From Podarcis pityusensis (lineage: Eukaryota): a stretch of 64,000 bases of DNA. The translations under genes and the position numbers were made by a program. The notes below the pieces were generated by a model. It searched no databases. It was not told the DNA's origin and worked only from the letters and a program-made list of their open reading frames with translations. Positions 14,006 through 26,153 of the stretch are shown piece by piece. Numbering within the stretch: the stretch's first letter is position 1; every line of letters begins with the position of its first letter. The stretch is taken from NCBI GenBank assembly GCA_964106645.2, contig OZ067046.1; one strand, written 5' to 3'.

Positions 14006-14247
14006 CAGTGGTACCTCAGGTTACATAAGCTTAAGGTTACATACGCTTCACGTTACAGACTCCGCTAATCCAGAAATAGTGCTTCAGGTTAAGAACTTTG
14101 CTTCAGGATGAGAACAGAAATCATGCTCTGGCGGTGCGGCAGCAGCAGGAGGCCCCATTAGCTAAAGTGGTGCTTCAGGTTAAGAACAGTTTCAGGTTAA
14201 GAACAGACCTCCGGAATGAATTAAGTACTTAACCCGAGGTACCACTG
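14006..14247. mobile_element. Tc1/mariner (pogo/Tigger-type) MITE
   Basis: TIRs CAGTGGTACCTCAGGTTA and TAACCCGAGGTACCACTG, TA TSD, and internal TTCAGGTTAAGAAC subrepeats. Confidence 0.92.
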
Positions 14248-14785
14248 TACCATCGTACTCAAACTGAGAATTTTAGGAAGTAGCTGTCACAGCTAAATAC
14301 TCTCCTCTGTAGCTCCCTCTAATTTTGGGATACTGTATTTAAAATTCTTGGTAGAATTAGTAGATCTAGAGTTAATAGGTAACTTATTTGTGATTGCACA
14401 GATTTGCATTTTTATGCACCGGCAAACCTCACAATTCCCATCAACTTATGGTGTGTTTTTTAAAGTAAATAAATAAATAAAGCCTATTTTGCAAGATGTC
14501 ACTTCAAAAATCAAGATGAAATCATTGTCTCTCTTTGCAGATTACTGGAATAGCAACTTTATACTTAAGAGACAAGCAGTTCTATTTTGTACAATTCATG
14601 GGCTGTATTTGGAGGGAAATGAACTGCAGCAGACCGAAAGAAATGCTGATTATGACAAATTCAGGCCAGAACAGAAATCACTGCCTTCTTTCATCCCTAG
14701 CTAGGAGACCTTTAGAGCACTTGAGGAGTAGAGGAAGGGGAATTCCCATTGCAGTTTTTTGTATTTCTTTCTTTTACTATGCTTA

Positions 14786-14954
14786 CCGTATTTTTTGCAC
14801 CATAACACTCACTTTTTTCCTCCTAGAAAGTAAGGGGAAATGTCTGTGCATGTTATGGAGGAAATGCCTACGGGTGGCATGCCTACGGATTTTCCTCCTC
14901 TAAAACCTACGTGCGTGTTATGGTCGGGTGCGTGCTATAGAGCGAAAAATACGG
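14786..14954. mobile_element. Tc1/mariner-type MITE
   Basis: TIRs CCGTATTTTTTGC and GCGAAAAATACGG, with a TA TSD. Confidence 0.88.
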
Positions 14955-16138
14955 TAGTTAAGCCATCTTTGATAGTTTTGTCTCTGAACTTAATATAAAA
15001 AATATGAAAATAATCAAGATCCAATTTGAGTTGGCCTTTCACATATGATCATTGTTTCAGGCACTTTGATACAGAATTCACTTTTCTTAACAATGAGGTC
15101 CCCCCCCCAAAAAAAAACCCCTGCAGCAGCTTCAGTAATTTGTGTGGTGTGGGTAGCAGTTGTGTCAGATGCAGATTTTGTGGGTGGGGAGAATATATAG
15201 AATTCCATTTGGAGGAGAGATTGTTTGGCTATAAGCAAAGCTATTTCAAAGGGAGGAAAACCCATCTCAAGGTCAAGGTATGCCCTTTAAGAGTTGTTTT
15301 TATTATCCAAACCATCCTCTTTCATGGGAGTATTGTACCTGTGTTTGGTCTTCTAAGAAACCTTTTATCATTTGCTTCACCAGTGAATTATTTGACATAG
15401 ATCCATAAAGGTCTGTCCTTATTTGACAAAGATATTAAATATTAAGTTTGATTCAGTGAAGGCTAAATTAAGAAGTGACTTAGGGTCAGCAGCAATATTG
15501 AAATCCAATAAGATCATGCTCAGCTGGGTGTCTCTTAAAAAGGAATATCATCATGCATCCAGGAAATTCCACCTTATATAGAATGCATAGAGCTACAGAT
15601 GTCCCTTTAAACAGAAATCACTGTGTTTCCTCTTTTGTTGAGTGAACTCAGCTTTGCAATCACAACACATTTAACTAACTTACCAGTGCATATTCCGTTG
15701 TGTGCCTTGCTCATTTCCCTGATGTTAGGTAGGCTTTCTGTCTATTTGTGTGTTCATTTAAATGTCCATTCATCTTTTCATTTTTGTTAATGAAGAAAAT
15801 CTGTTTTAAACATCTTCCAAAACTTCTCCATGATGGGAAAGAGAAAGGGACCTGTAATATCACAGACACCGGGCAACCAGTGCTGTGCGCAGCCCACTCT
15901 AGCTGCAGATTGGTTGAAGTGTGTTCCCCCTTTAATGTAAAATTCCATATATGAAACTGAAAGTTTGCATGTACTGTGGTGAATATGATTCAATGGTACT
16001 TCAGCCACTTAGACACTTAACTAGGGAGAGAACCCCAATGAACACAATGGAATTTACTTCTGGGTAGACATAGTAGGATTGCACTTAAAATAATGTACAT
16101 CTATAGGCGTAATTAAATGTTTGATTCTTGGGCCATTA

Positions 16139-16480
16139 AAAGGTAAAGGTAAATGGACCCCAGACAGTTAAGTCCAGTCGTGAAAGCCTCTGGGGTTCTG
16201 GCGCTCATCTCACTTTACTGGCCGAGGGAGCCAACTTTTAACGCAGACAGTTTTTCTGGGTCATGTGGCCAACATGACTAAGCCGCTTCTGGCGAAACCA
16301 GAGCAGTGCACGGAAATGCCATTTACCTTCCTGCCGGAGCGGTACATATTTATCTACTTGCACTTTTTGGCATGCTTTCGAACTGCTAGGTTGGCAGGAG
16401 CAGGGACTGAGCAACGGGAGCTCACCCCGTTGTGGGGATTCGAACCACCGACTTTCTGATCGGCAAGCCCTAGGCTCAGT
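16139..16480 (-). mobile_element. Sauria SINE (slightly 5'-truncated)
   Basis: Reverse-complement homolog of 45098-45449, with an (AAAGGT)n tail at 16139-16152 and a B box reading GGATTCGAACC on the plus strand. Confidence 0.92.
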
Positions 16481-16707
16481 ACAAGGAAATGTGCTCCTAT
16501 ACTGAAAATGCCACCTTTGAAAGGTATGGAGGGTAGTTATGAGAAAACGGGGCTTTTTAGTAGCTCCCCCTCTATGGAATGCTCTCCTCAAGAAGACCCA
16601 TCTCACACCAGCATTGTCATTGTCTAGGCACCAGGCAAATATGTATTTTTATCTACTGGACAATTAAAACACCACTGATTGTATATTTTTACTCATTTGG
16701 AAAAAAT

Positions 16708-16790
16708 ATCATAGAAAATTATCATAGAACCATAGAGTTTGAAGGCATCCCAAGAGTTATTCAGTCCGCCCCTCTGCAATGCAGGAATCT
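16708..16790 (-). mobile_element. CR1-type 3' end fragment
   Basis: ATCATAGAA repeats followed by GAGTTTGAAGG..CCCCTCTGCAATGCAGGAAT. Confidence 0.7.
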
Positions 16791-18548
16791 CCTCCACACA
16801 TGGTTCCAATTTGAAACCATACTTGACAGGCTTAGCTTTGCAAATGTGTAGACAGTTTTATTGTGGCACCACTAGGAGGTGATGTTTTTATAATATGCTC
16901 ATGTAATTTTTCTTCTGTAGCACTGTATTTTATTCTTACTCTCTCATAGGCTTTCTGTTCTGGGAAGCTGTTTATAAATTTATTTAACGAAACTAATTAT
17001 TCATTTGTTAAACCATTACAATCCATTTATATATACTTCACTACTATAGAATGTAAGCACAGTTCTAAAACATAAAGAATTATCAAGGATTAAACAAAAC
17101 ACATATAGTTCCCTAAGTTCTCATGTGTCCCTAAGTTCACATCCAGCTCTTTTTTTACATGTGTGAAAGCTTTAATGCATGCACAAGCATTCCTGGTTGG
17201 TGGAATTCCCAATTATAATCACAAGTACGAGCAGCAGAGGATCATGATTTGGAGAATGCTATTGACTTAATATCCTGCTTGCGGGCTTGTCATATGGAAC
17301 TAGTTGGCCTCTAGTGCCAAGAAAAAGGTGCCAGAATAGATGGACCTTTGGCTTGATCCAGCAGGGTTCTTTGATGCCTCTAGCACTACAGAGAAAAGGG
17401 TAGCCCATTCTCACCAAAGCTTTCATATGTTTATCCCACCCCCCATCAGGGTCCAAGACACCAGAAAGGCTATGGGCAGCTAGCCAAAGTGCATCACTTT
17501 TAGTCCCTATACTTTTCAGTGAGAAAAAGTTAAGCTGTTTTTGAAATCAATTAGACTCAAAAGGGATGCATTTTGGATATACATTTTGTAAATCAATGAA
17601 GACTCCTAGCTAGCTTCTCAAAACATGGATTTATTTCAGTATTGTAAGGTGCAACCAGAATCTGAAGCAGATGCCTGTTGTACCAATTTCACAACCAGCC
17701 CAGCTCATGTGACCAGTTGTAAGAACATCAAAGAGCTGCTCAAATCTCTTAAACTGCTTCCTGTGTGTGCACTGCATCTGGATTTAACAATATGTTTTGA
17801 ATGATTGATAAATTTTCTATGAGAAAAGCCACAGTAAATAAGGAGAACTGGGGCCTGCTGTTCTCAATCTGTCTTTTTCTAACTGAAAATGAAAGTTTAA
17901 ATTAAAGGGTCACTGAACAGTATTTGGTTACACTGCTAGTGCAGAACAAAAAAAATGTCAAATAAGGAACTCGGAGCTTCTCAGGGTATTATGTAAAATG
18001 CCACACTCAAAAAGTATGCAACTGAAGTAAGTTTCTCAGCTACTTAAAATAGAAATAGCTTCATCATACCTGACTGATTTTTTTACCATGGATGCATCTG
18101 TTCCAGAATTAGAATAAAATTCCAGGTGTTTTCTTCCAAAAAGAAATCTATCCTTTGAAATAGAGTTTTATTATATCCTTTGAAATAGAGTTTCTAATAA
18201 AAATAAAAAATAAAAAATCCCTTATCTCTTAAAAATGAAATCTGAAAGTTCAAGAGTATATTATAATACACCAAAGAGATTCCAGACTATGTTTTATAGA
18301 TCCATTAACCATAGCCTGGTCAGATGAAGGCATTTGGAAATTCCCTAAGCATATATTATTAATAGGCTTATAAACTGTGGTCCTGTCCCCTGTAAACTGC
18401 TGCCTGTCTGCCTTTTACTATACAGAGCAAAAAGTGCATTGCCACATAGGATCATAAAGTTTCCACATACAGTATTCATATTTTGTAAGTTCTGTTGCAG
18501 GGGTGATTCTGATACATAGGAAATGACCGAAAAAACAAAACATTTCAA

Positions 18549-18587
<39 letters not shown>

Positions 18588-19214
18588 TAAAACAAAAACA
18601 AAAAACTGTGCAGCATTTCAGAAACATTCTTTTAAAACATTCAGCCGCTCTCTGGGTTGCATTCAGCTCAGGTTTCTTCAAAACTCTGTGCAGATGGTCA
18701 AATGCTATAGAAATGAACATGTGAAGGGAACCAGGGCAGACCTGCATCTGTCGAACAGACGAAGAAGGAGAAACAGAAAGAAGAAGAATCATTAAAAATG
18801 TTTACAAGGCAGCTTCATGCCATATCTTGAGTCTTGGACCATCGGGATGAGGAAAACAGAATCCTATTCATTTAAGATATTCAGGACTAATACAATGAGA
18901 TACCTCTAAGCTCATGAACAGAAATCATTGTGATTGTCTCTGATTGCTGTCTATCATCTCACTGGCAATGCCTTAACTGGAAGGCAAAGAGTCAAAATTC
19001 TACTTTCAGGTTCTATCAAAGCACACTCAAAACTATCAGGGTGGGAAAAAGCAGCAGCAGCAGCATGGGCCTATGCTTAGAAATTTTCCTTAGAAAAATT
19101 CCTTGTATTTTAAGATCTCAGGGATTGTGTATGGCCTTCTTCAGACATTAGTCTTCCCTATGTGTCTTTAAGAATGTAGACACAGAAGTGGTAGAAACAG
19201 CTAGTGTTGCTCAA

Positions 19215-19657
19215 TGTCAGGGAACTGCCATCGGCTCAGAGGCGAGAGATAGAGGGGCAGGTGTGTTACAGGGAGCCTCCGAAAATCTTGCAAAGCAGTT
19301 CCTCTTCCGGCGAGGAGGGAAGCCCCACCTCCAGTGGGGAAGAGGTGCAAGGACCAGAGGATGCTAGTAAGAGCCTTAACACCGCGCCTGAGCAAGCAGG
19401 AGAGGAGGGAGGCACGCCTTTGCCATCGCCCATCCTGTGCAGTAGTTTGAGGTGCAAGGAGGGGTGGAAAAGGCTGGGGGTGATGAAACTTTTATGTTGG
19501 GAGAGGTACAAAAACAGACCACTCCCGGATTCTGCTAGCGATTGAGCCAGACTTATGATGCTCTTCACTGTAAATAGTTTGCACCAAAATAAAGCCTGTA
19601 AAAGACAGGTCGGAGTCCTGCCTGGTTACTCTCGAGCAACTGCAACAGCACCTGACA
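19215..19657 (+). mobile_element. Solo LTR (probably Gypsy-type)
   Basis: Termini are TGTCAGG...CCTGACA, with a perfect 5-bp TSD CTCAA (19210-19214 and 19658-19662) and AATAAA at ~19588. Confidence 0.88.
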
Positions 19658-19814
19658 CTCAACTTTGTAATGTATAAATGTCCAGATGTGAATTTGACCT
19701 ATGAAATCTAAATATGCTCCCCATTATTGCATACTAGCGCTGAGGGGGGAAAAAACCTCAGGTAAATCTACGGATCTACATTACTTGCCCATGTGACCAT
19801 TGCCTGGTTAGCAG

Positions 19815-19960
19815 CTTGTTTCCAGGTGTAGTTCAAATTGCTGGTGATTCAGGTTGTAAATGGTCTGGATCCTAAATACTTAAAGGGCAGCCTCCTCCCA
19901 TTACTAGTCTGCCTGTTGCCTAAGATCTGGTACAGAGGTCATTTTATATGTCCTGCAGTT
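19815..19960 (+). mobile_element. L2 ORF2 C-terminal fragment
   Basis: TTCAAATTGCTGGTG..AATGGTCTGGATCCTAAATACTTAAAG resembles L2 FKVLV..NGLGP.YLK. Confidence 0.55.
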
Positions 19961-20152
19961 GTGCCTTCCATTGTACTAACACGTATAGACACACACATGC
20001 ACACAGCAACACAGGTGATAGCTGTTACAATTTATTAAAGTGCCAGTTACTTAACTGGGGTACTTCCCATATGTTCTTGTAAATCTTTTGAGGTTAAGGC
20101 ACTAAGCCTCTTCAGGGTGATGGGCTGACACAGATAAGTAAAAGGGTCATAT

Positions 20153-20265
20153 AATCATAGGATTGTAAAGATGGAATAGGCCCTTAGGGTCATCTAATCC
20201 AACCCCCTGCAATGCAGGAATCTCAACTAAAGCATCCATGACATATGACCATCCAACCTCTGCCT
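20153..20265 (-). mobile_element. CR1 3' end fragment
   Basis: ATCATAGGATTGTA..GGTCATCTAATCCAACCCCCTGCAATGCAGGAATCT..CCATCCAACCTCTGC. Confidence 0.72.
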
Positions 20266-21902
20266 ATGAGCTATTCCCCAAGGTTTCAGGCAGAACCCCT
20301 TCTTGGCACAGTTTCTACTGATATTTTTCAAGATAGTCTACTTCCCCAGTCTGTCTCTGAGTCTTCTTCCTATGAACCACTTCTGCTAGGGTAGAGGTTC
20401 AAAGGGCAAATTATGATGGGATACTGTACAGAGATGACCTTTGGGGGGGGGAAATAAATACCATAATCCACAAGCCACATGAAGGTGTTCTGCTCACATG
20501 ACAAACCTACACATGAGCAGGGAGAGCCGGGATATGTGCACTAATTTATGGGAAAAGTCTGTTCTCCTTGGGAGTGACAGGATATCACCAAGACCCATGA
20601 GGTTCAGCTGGACCTTTTGTCTTGCTGTTTTCCAAAAGGTGATGGAGACGTTTATATTCTGCTAGGCTTTTGCCTTGCCAGGTAGATAATGTTTTAAGTG
20701 GAAGATTTTTTTTTTTTAATTTGTCCTGCCTGCCACTGTTATATTTCTATTGGTGCTATGGTTTAATAGCGACATTCTAATTTTAATTAATGTAACCTGT
20801 CTTGTGTGATGTGTAAGCAACAGAAAAGCAAGGACAATTTCCCCCTAATAAAAATGGTGACACCATTAACAGCGATTTTTTGCAATGCTGCAAAATTCTC
20901 CATGGTTAGATTTACAGTGTATATACCTGCTACTTTTTTCTTTTCTTTTCCTTTCTTTACAAAAGGCAGCAATCATTTCACATTGTATTGCATTAGTACA
21001 GATTATTATAAATTAACAGCAGAAGTTGTGCATTCCACATTGGAAACTGCTTCATGGAATTTATAAAAATAGTCACTAATAATGCATTCATAACTATACT
21101 TACTTGAAAAGGCTCCCCTGAAAGACACACAGTGGTTATTATCTTTTGTCCATTCAAAGATATTTAAAACTCATGAAGCGTACACAACTGATGTCTCAGA
21201 TTTTCTCATCTATTCCCTTCAATTACATTTAATTGTGCTCATTAAAGTAATCTAGAAATCATTTTACTTGTCTACCTAAAGACCAAGGGGCATAATTATA
21301 AAAGTAACTTTCCCTTCATTTCCATTCAAACAGATTTAAATGAGCTGAGGTAAGCACTTTTGTTAAGTAAAAGGTAATAAGAAAAATAAAGAAACTACAA
21401 ATTAAGAAATATTGAATATATAGGATGTCATCCAACCCAAGAAATTTGAATATCAGTGGCACAGAACATTAATGGAACATGATAAATCGATCAAAGCAGC
21501 TATGAAGGTTTTTAGTCTTGCATCTCTTTCTGCAAAAATAATTTAAGGTAAAAATAGAAGTCGAGGAGATCTGTAAATAGACACATACCCAAACACACCT
21601 GTTCATTATGTAAATCTATATCGCATGTAGCGTTTCCCCCCCTTATAAAATCTGAGCTCGTATTTCTTCTTCTTGAATGGATGCCTGATTATTTAGAATG
21701 AGTGAACAATAAATTGTAAAACAGCACGTTTCTAGAATCCACTTTTGACAGAAGAAGAAATTTACAATGAAAGAAGAGGACAGAAAAGGAGTTAGAAGAT
21801 GCAGAAGAGCTGTCGGGCAGAATATCATATCAGTTCTTGTAAATCATTTATTGCAAATGTCACAAAATGTAATGGTGGGAGATCAAGACCATATTCTCTC
21901 AT

Positions 21903-22320
21903 ATGAACCTACCAGGGTTTAGGGATATTAGGAGGACACCCTTCTCTCAGCCCTGTCACCCCCACAGGCACACACAGTGGGGACATGATAGAGGGCCTTC
22001 TTGGTGTCTGCTGCCAGACTTTGCAACTCCCTCATTACTGTCCTTCCATCAGCAGGTAAAGACTTCCTTGTTCCAACAGGCTTTGGGAAATGACTGCTTT
22101 TAATTAAAAGGCTAGTGCCGTGCTGCTGTTTTTATTGCAATTATTTGCATGTTTTAAACAGATTTTATATATCTATATAGTTTTAATTCTATAAATGCTT
22201 AATAGTATTTTAACAATCAATATTTCTATCTTTTTAGTGGTTCATATTTTTATCTGTAAGCCATCTTGAGTCCCATTAGGGAAAAAGTGGGATATAAAGA
22301 AATCTAATAATACTATTAAT
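21903..22320 (+). mobile_element. L2 LINE 3' fragment
   Basis: AGGGCCTTCTTGGTG..CCAGACTTTGCAACTCCCT (RAFS..P.LWNSLP-like), an AT-rich 3'UTR, and a TGTAAGCCATCTTGAG..GGGATATAAA terminus. Confidence 0.7.
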
Positions 22321-22775
22321 TAATTAATTAATTAATTAATAAAGGAAGAGAGGAAGGAAATTCTTTAAAAGAACTGATTTCAAATACAGACAATAAATGT
22401 CACTAGTTGATAGGGAAATAGAACATCCAAATAAACAACCCAAATAAAATAAAATAACCTGGGATATTATAGCACAATTTGTTTAGGGAATAAATTATTG
22501 CTGCATTTTTGAAAGCACAGCACAGCACTGCACTTTCTTTCATTTTCTGTTTCTTACAAGTTAAAAAGCCATATGGCCTTCCAGCAGTAGCAGAATCATC
22601 ACTGGTCACTGAGTACGTATCTGAAATGAATCATTCTTAAGCTAATTTTATTTCAGCATTGAAATTTTGAAAATTCTGCTGTATGCAGTTAGGTACTGAT
22701 AGCATGGACATCCTGATCCTGGAATAGTTCCAACTCTCTGCCTACTACCTTGGGAGTAAGACCCATTTTACTCAG

Positions 22776-22912
22776 CAGGGCTTTTCCCCGATCCAGAACC
22801 TGCCGGAACTCCTTTCCAGCACCTCTCAGGTGGGCACCATTGCCAAGATAAAAAAATAAGGGAGGCCTTAATGGTGAGTTCTGGCACCTCTTTTTCTAGA
22901 AAAATAGCACTG
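22776..22912. mobile_element. hAT MITE
   Basis: Termini CAGGGCTTTT and AAAATAGCACTG, with TSD TTACTCAG / GTACTCAG. A reverse partial copy lies at ~3367-3457. Confidence 0.82.
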
Positions 22913-25828
22913 GTACTCAGGAGGACTTTTGAGTAGCTATGTGTAGGATGGTGCCATCAGGGTCTTAGCTAGCATATCAAATAATATCTGAATGATGCAT
23001 CCCCATTCACTTAAACATAGCTGGTTGTGCTGGTTGACATTCCACTCTACATGTGGACATTGGGGGCAGAAATAATGGGTCACAGATGGTGGGCAGCAGT
23101 GGGAGGTGCAGACTCTATGTGCTGAAGAGGTTCTCCTGAGCAGTTCTTTTATGATTAATGTAAGACAATTGATCCCTGTTTATTAAGTAGTAAAGGGATT
23201 TGTGCTTTATTCATAGGCTCATTCAATTTGTATGGCAATAGTTATAGAATGAATGAACTGGCCAGAGATACAGCATGCCCAAATTTTGTGTGGTCTCAAA
23301 CATGGGACTAAGGTGAGCACATTGTTCCCCCCTGCCTAAATGACACCTCTGTGTACTTCCACATACTGAAGGACAGTGGACAGAGAGTGTCACAGAAAGC
23401 TATGGGAGTAGCAGTCTGGAAATACATGTGGATATCATATATATATATATATATATATATATGATATTTTACTATGGCGAGGTAATCTCTTGGTATGACT
23501 GATATTAAGACTGTATCAACAATCACAAGCTATGTTTGGCTCCTGCTGTGAGGCATTATTTAAAAAAAAAAAAAATCCCAAAGTGCAAAGGATCATTAAC
23601 TGTTTCCAAATTTTCTCAATTTCTAACCACTGGGAGAAAACTTCGTGAAAAGTCTCATTCCTTGAAAACGGTAGAATTTTAATTTGTTTTTAATCAAGCC
23701 AAAAATATATGCAAATATTAATTTTGTGATAATTTAGATCTTCCATTCCACTCATTATTCAGATGATAATGAAAAGATACATTAGCCATGTTTTCCAAAA
23801 CCTGTTTTTAAAATCCAAGTATGAAGAAACATTCTGCTTTGTAATGTGTTTGCCTGCCTGCAATTGTATGCTACTTTTAAGTGGGAGGCATAAGCAGATG
23901 TCTGATACCTCAAAAGAGGTGTGGTGTTGGAGAATCTTGTTTCATGTGTCTGGATTATTGATATGCACTAAAACCTTCATCCTTCTTTGCAAGACAACTG
24001 AATGCCAGAGTAGCCAACTGAGGAAAGTACCGTATGTTAAAGATGAGCTTGGCTAGGTTATAGACCACAGCAAATGGGAATTTCAGGAGACTTCCTGACC
24101 CTGAGAGAATCCTGCATACTTATGTCTGACTAATTGGGGAAGTATCCATAAACTGGTGGAAGAACAAAAACAGAGAGCATCTCAAGAAGGCTAAAGAGGA
24201 GTAAAAAGGTGTTTAACCTCCGTCTTTTAAATCTAACTTAGTATTCCATTCACGATTCTCTTTGAGTTGCAGGTAAGCACATGAAACAATATTCAGGAGG
24301 TTAGATTAGATATACTTCATGTGCCAGCATAAGGTCAGTTAATTATCTCTGATTGTCTATGGTGCATAATTTGGATGTGCTATAATGTTGATCGGACTCT
24401 TTTTCCCCCCAAAAATATGTTAAGATGCATTTGTTAATTACAAATAAGGGGGAGGAAGAGAGTGAGTTATTCATTTCCATAATCTTAATTGGGGAAGGGA
24501 GGAGAGAGAAGGAAAATGAGCCATGATAATAGTGTGTTTTGGATCCCAGATATGGAGCCTATTTGTATTAGAGGGGGGAGAAATGAGCAGCTCCAGAAAC
24601 TTTACTAGGGCTGTGTCCGAAATTTGGGTGAGGCCTGAACCACATTGGGCCTATTTGGGGAGACTGAACAAGTCAAGTTCAAACAGCCATGGGGCACTGC
24701 AGATTGGGTTGAAAGGCCCAAAGTGATCTGTGGCTGTCAAAGGGCATAACATCAGACAGTAACATGAGGCTGGCAACATGGGAAAACCTTCCTACCGTTT
24801 CATGCCTTGCTCATCAAGGAGCACCCCTGACGCTCAACAGCAGAGGGGCTGATACTGCAAGGAAAGCTAACTGAGAGAGCTTCACCACCACCCCAGAATC
24901 ACCCCTCCACTCAACGGCTGTTAAATGGAGAAAACAATACTTCAAGATGTGTGTGATTAGCCAAAGAGCATCACAAACAAACCAGGATCATCTGGTTTTC
25001 TCCATACCTGTTGAGCAGACAGGCAGTCCTGGGAATGGAGAGGAACCCACAGTCTCAGTAGAGAGGGAGAAGAAGACACTCCCTCCTATCATGTTTTCCT
25101 TTGTGATTTCCAGATGCAGGGTATTGCAATAGGGATCAGAAACCATGAAAGTAGCAGCTGTGTGCATCGGTATATAGGAACTGACTAAAGTCCATCATTT
25201 GCCCTGAAAGAGAAAATGATGTCCTTGAAGTTGCAGAGTATTTTGTCAAAGAAACAGCTTCTAAAAAAGAAAATGAGCACAGTAAATGCCTTTGTGGAGT
25301 GGGAAACATATGTTCTTTTCTTCGGCATCATGAAAAGTACATATGTTTAAATTCAAAATATTTTTCCACTATGCCTTCAAGTGTCTGTGATCTGTTTTCC
25401 TAGCACAGTGTTTGGGGAGCAATTGTTTGAAAAGGTATATCAAGCTAAAGCACTTTTTAATCATTTCTTTTCCTAATAGAAAAGAAACCCTTCATATTTG
25501 GTCTCTTGAAAGAAATAGTTTCAATTTATTATTGCTACCTTTGTACAAGTAGTATAGAAATCCTTTGGCACACCACTGCTTGCAAACAAGTGTCATCAAG
25601 AATTGTGAAAGAGCAGCAAGAAATGACACCTGTTTATTAGTTTTCAAATGACCAGTTTGAGGAAGGACTATATTTCTATAGTAACTACTGGGCAGCAAAA
25701 TTCTTAGCTATGAAAGTGGTTGGAAGTTAGCTGGTGCTTTGTACCTGTTCACCCACCATTAAGGGGCACAACACTTACTTTGTATTTGAATTAGTTAACA
25801 GCTTTATTTCAATGTAAGGGATGTATAA

Positions 25829-26153
25829 GGGCTGTAGCTCAATGGTAAAGCATCTACTTTGCATGCAAAAGCTCCAGGATTCAACTACTGGCAATATTAA
25901 GCAAGATGGATCAACAATTCCATATAAGCCAACTCCATATGTTTCTTGTAATATCTGAAACTGATTTGGGTTTCAGCCATGGTTCAGTGGAAGGGTATCT
26001 GCAGAAGATCCCGAATTCAGTTCCATAAATCTCTAGTCAGGGCTAGGAAAGACTCGTCTGAAATCTCAGAGAGTCACTGCCAGTCTGCATAGATAATACT
26101 GAGCTCTAGGGACGAATAGCCTGACTCAGTATAAGGCAGCGTCCTGTGGTCCT
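25829..26153 (+). mobile_element. Two tandem degraded tRNA-derived SINEs (Squam2-like)
   Basis: Head GGGCTGTAGCTCAATGGTAAAGCATCTACTTTGCATGC. The second copy has GAGAGTCACTGCCAGTC..AATACTGAGCT..TGACTCAGTATAAGGCAGC. A reverse copy lies at ~53839-53960. Confidence 0.68.

Noticed and set aside
20085-20116. Minus-strand CTGAAGA..CAAAAG as a Penelope-type hammerhead ribozyme
   Set aside because: The GAAA core is mutated and stem II does not pair in the required register.
25829-25900. tRNA gene
   Set aside because: The T-arm and acceptor stem are degenerate and the sequence runs into a SINE tail, so it is a SINE head.
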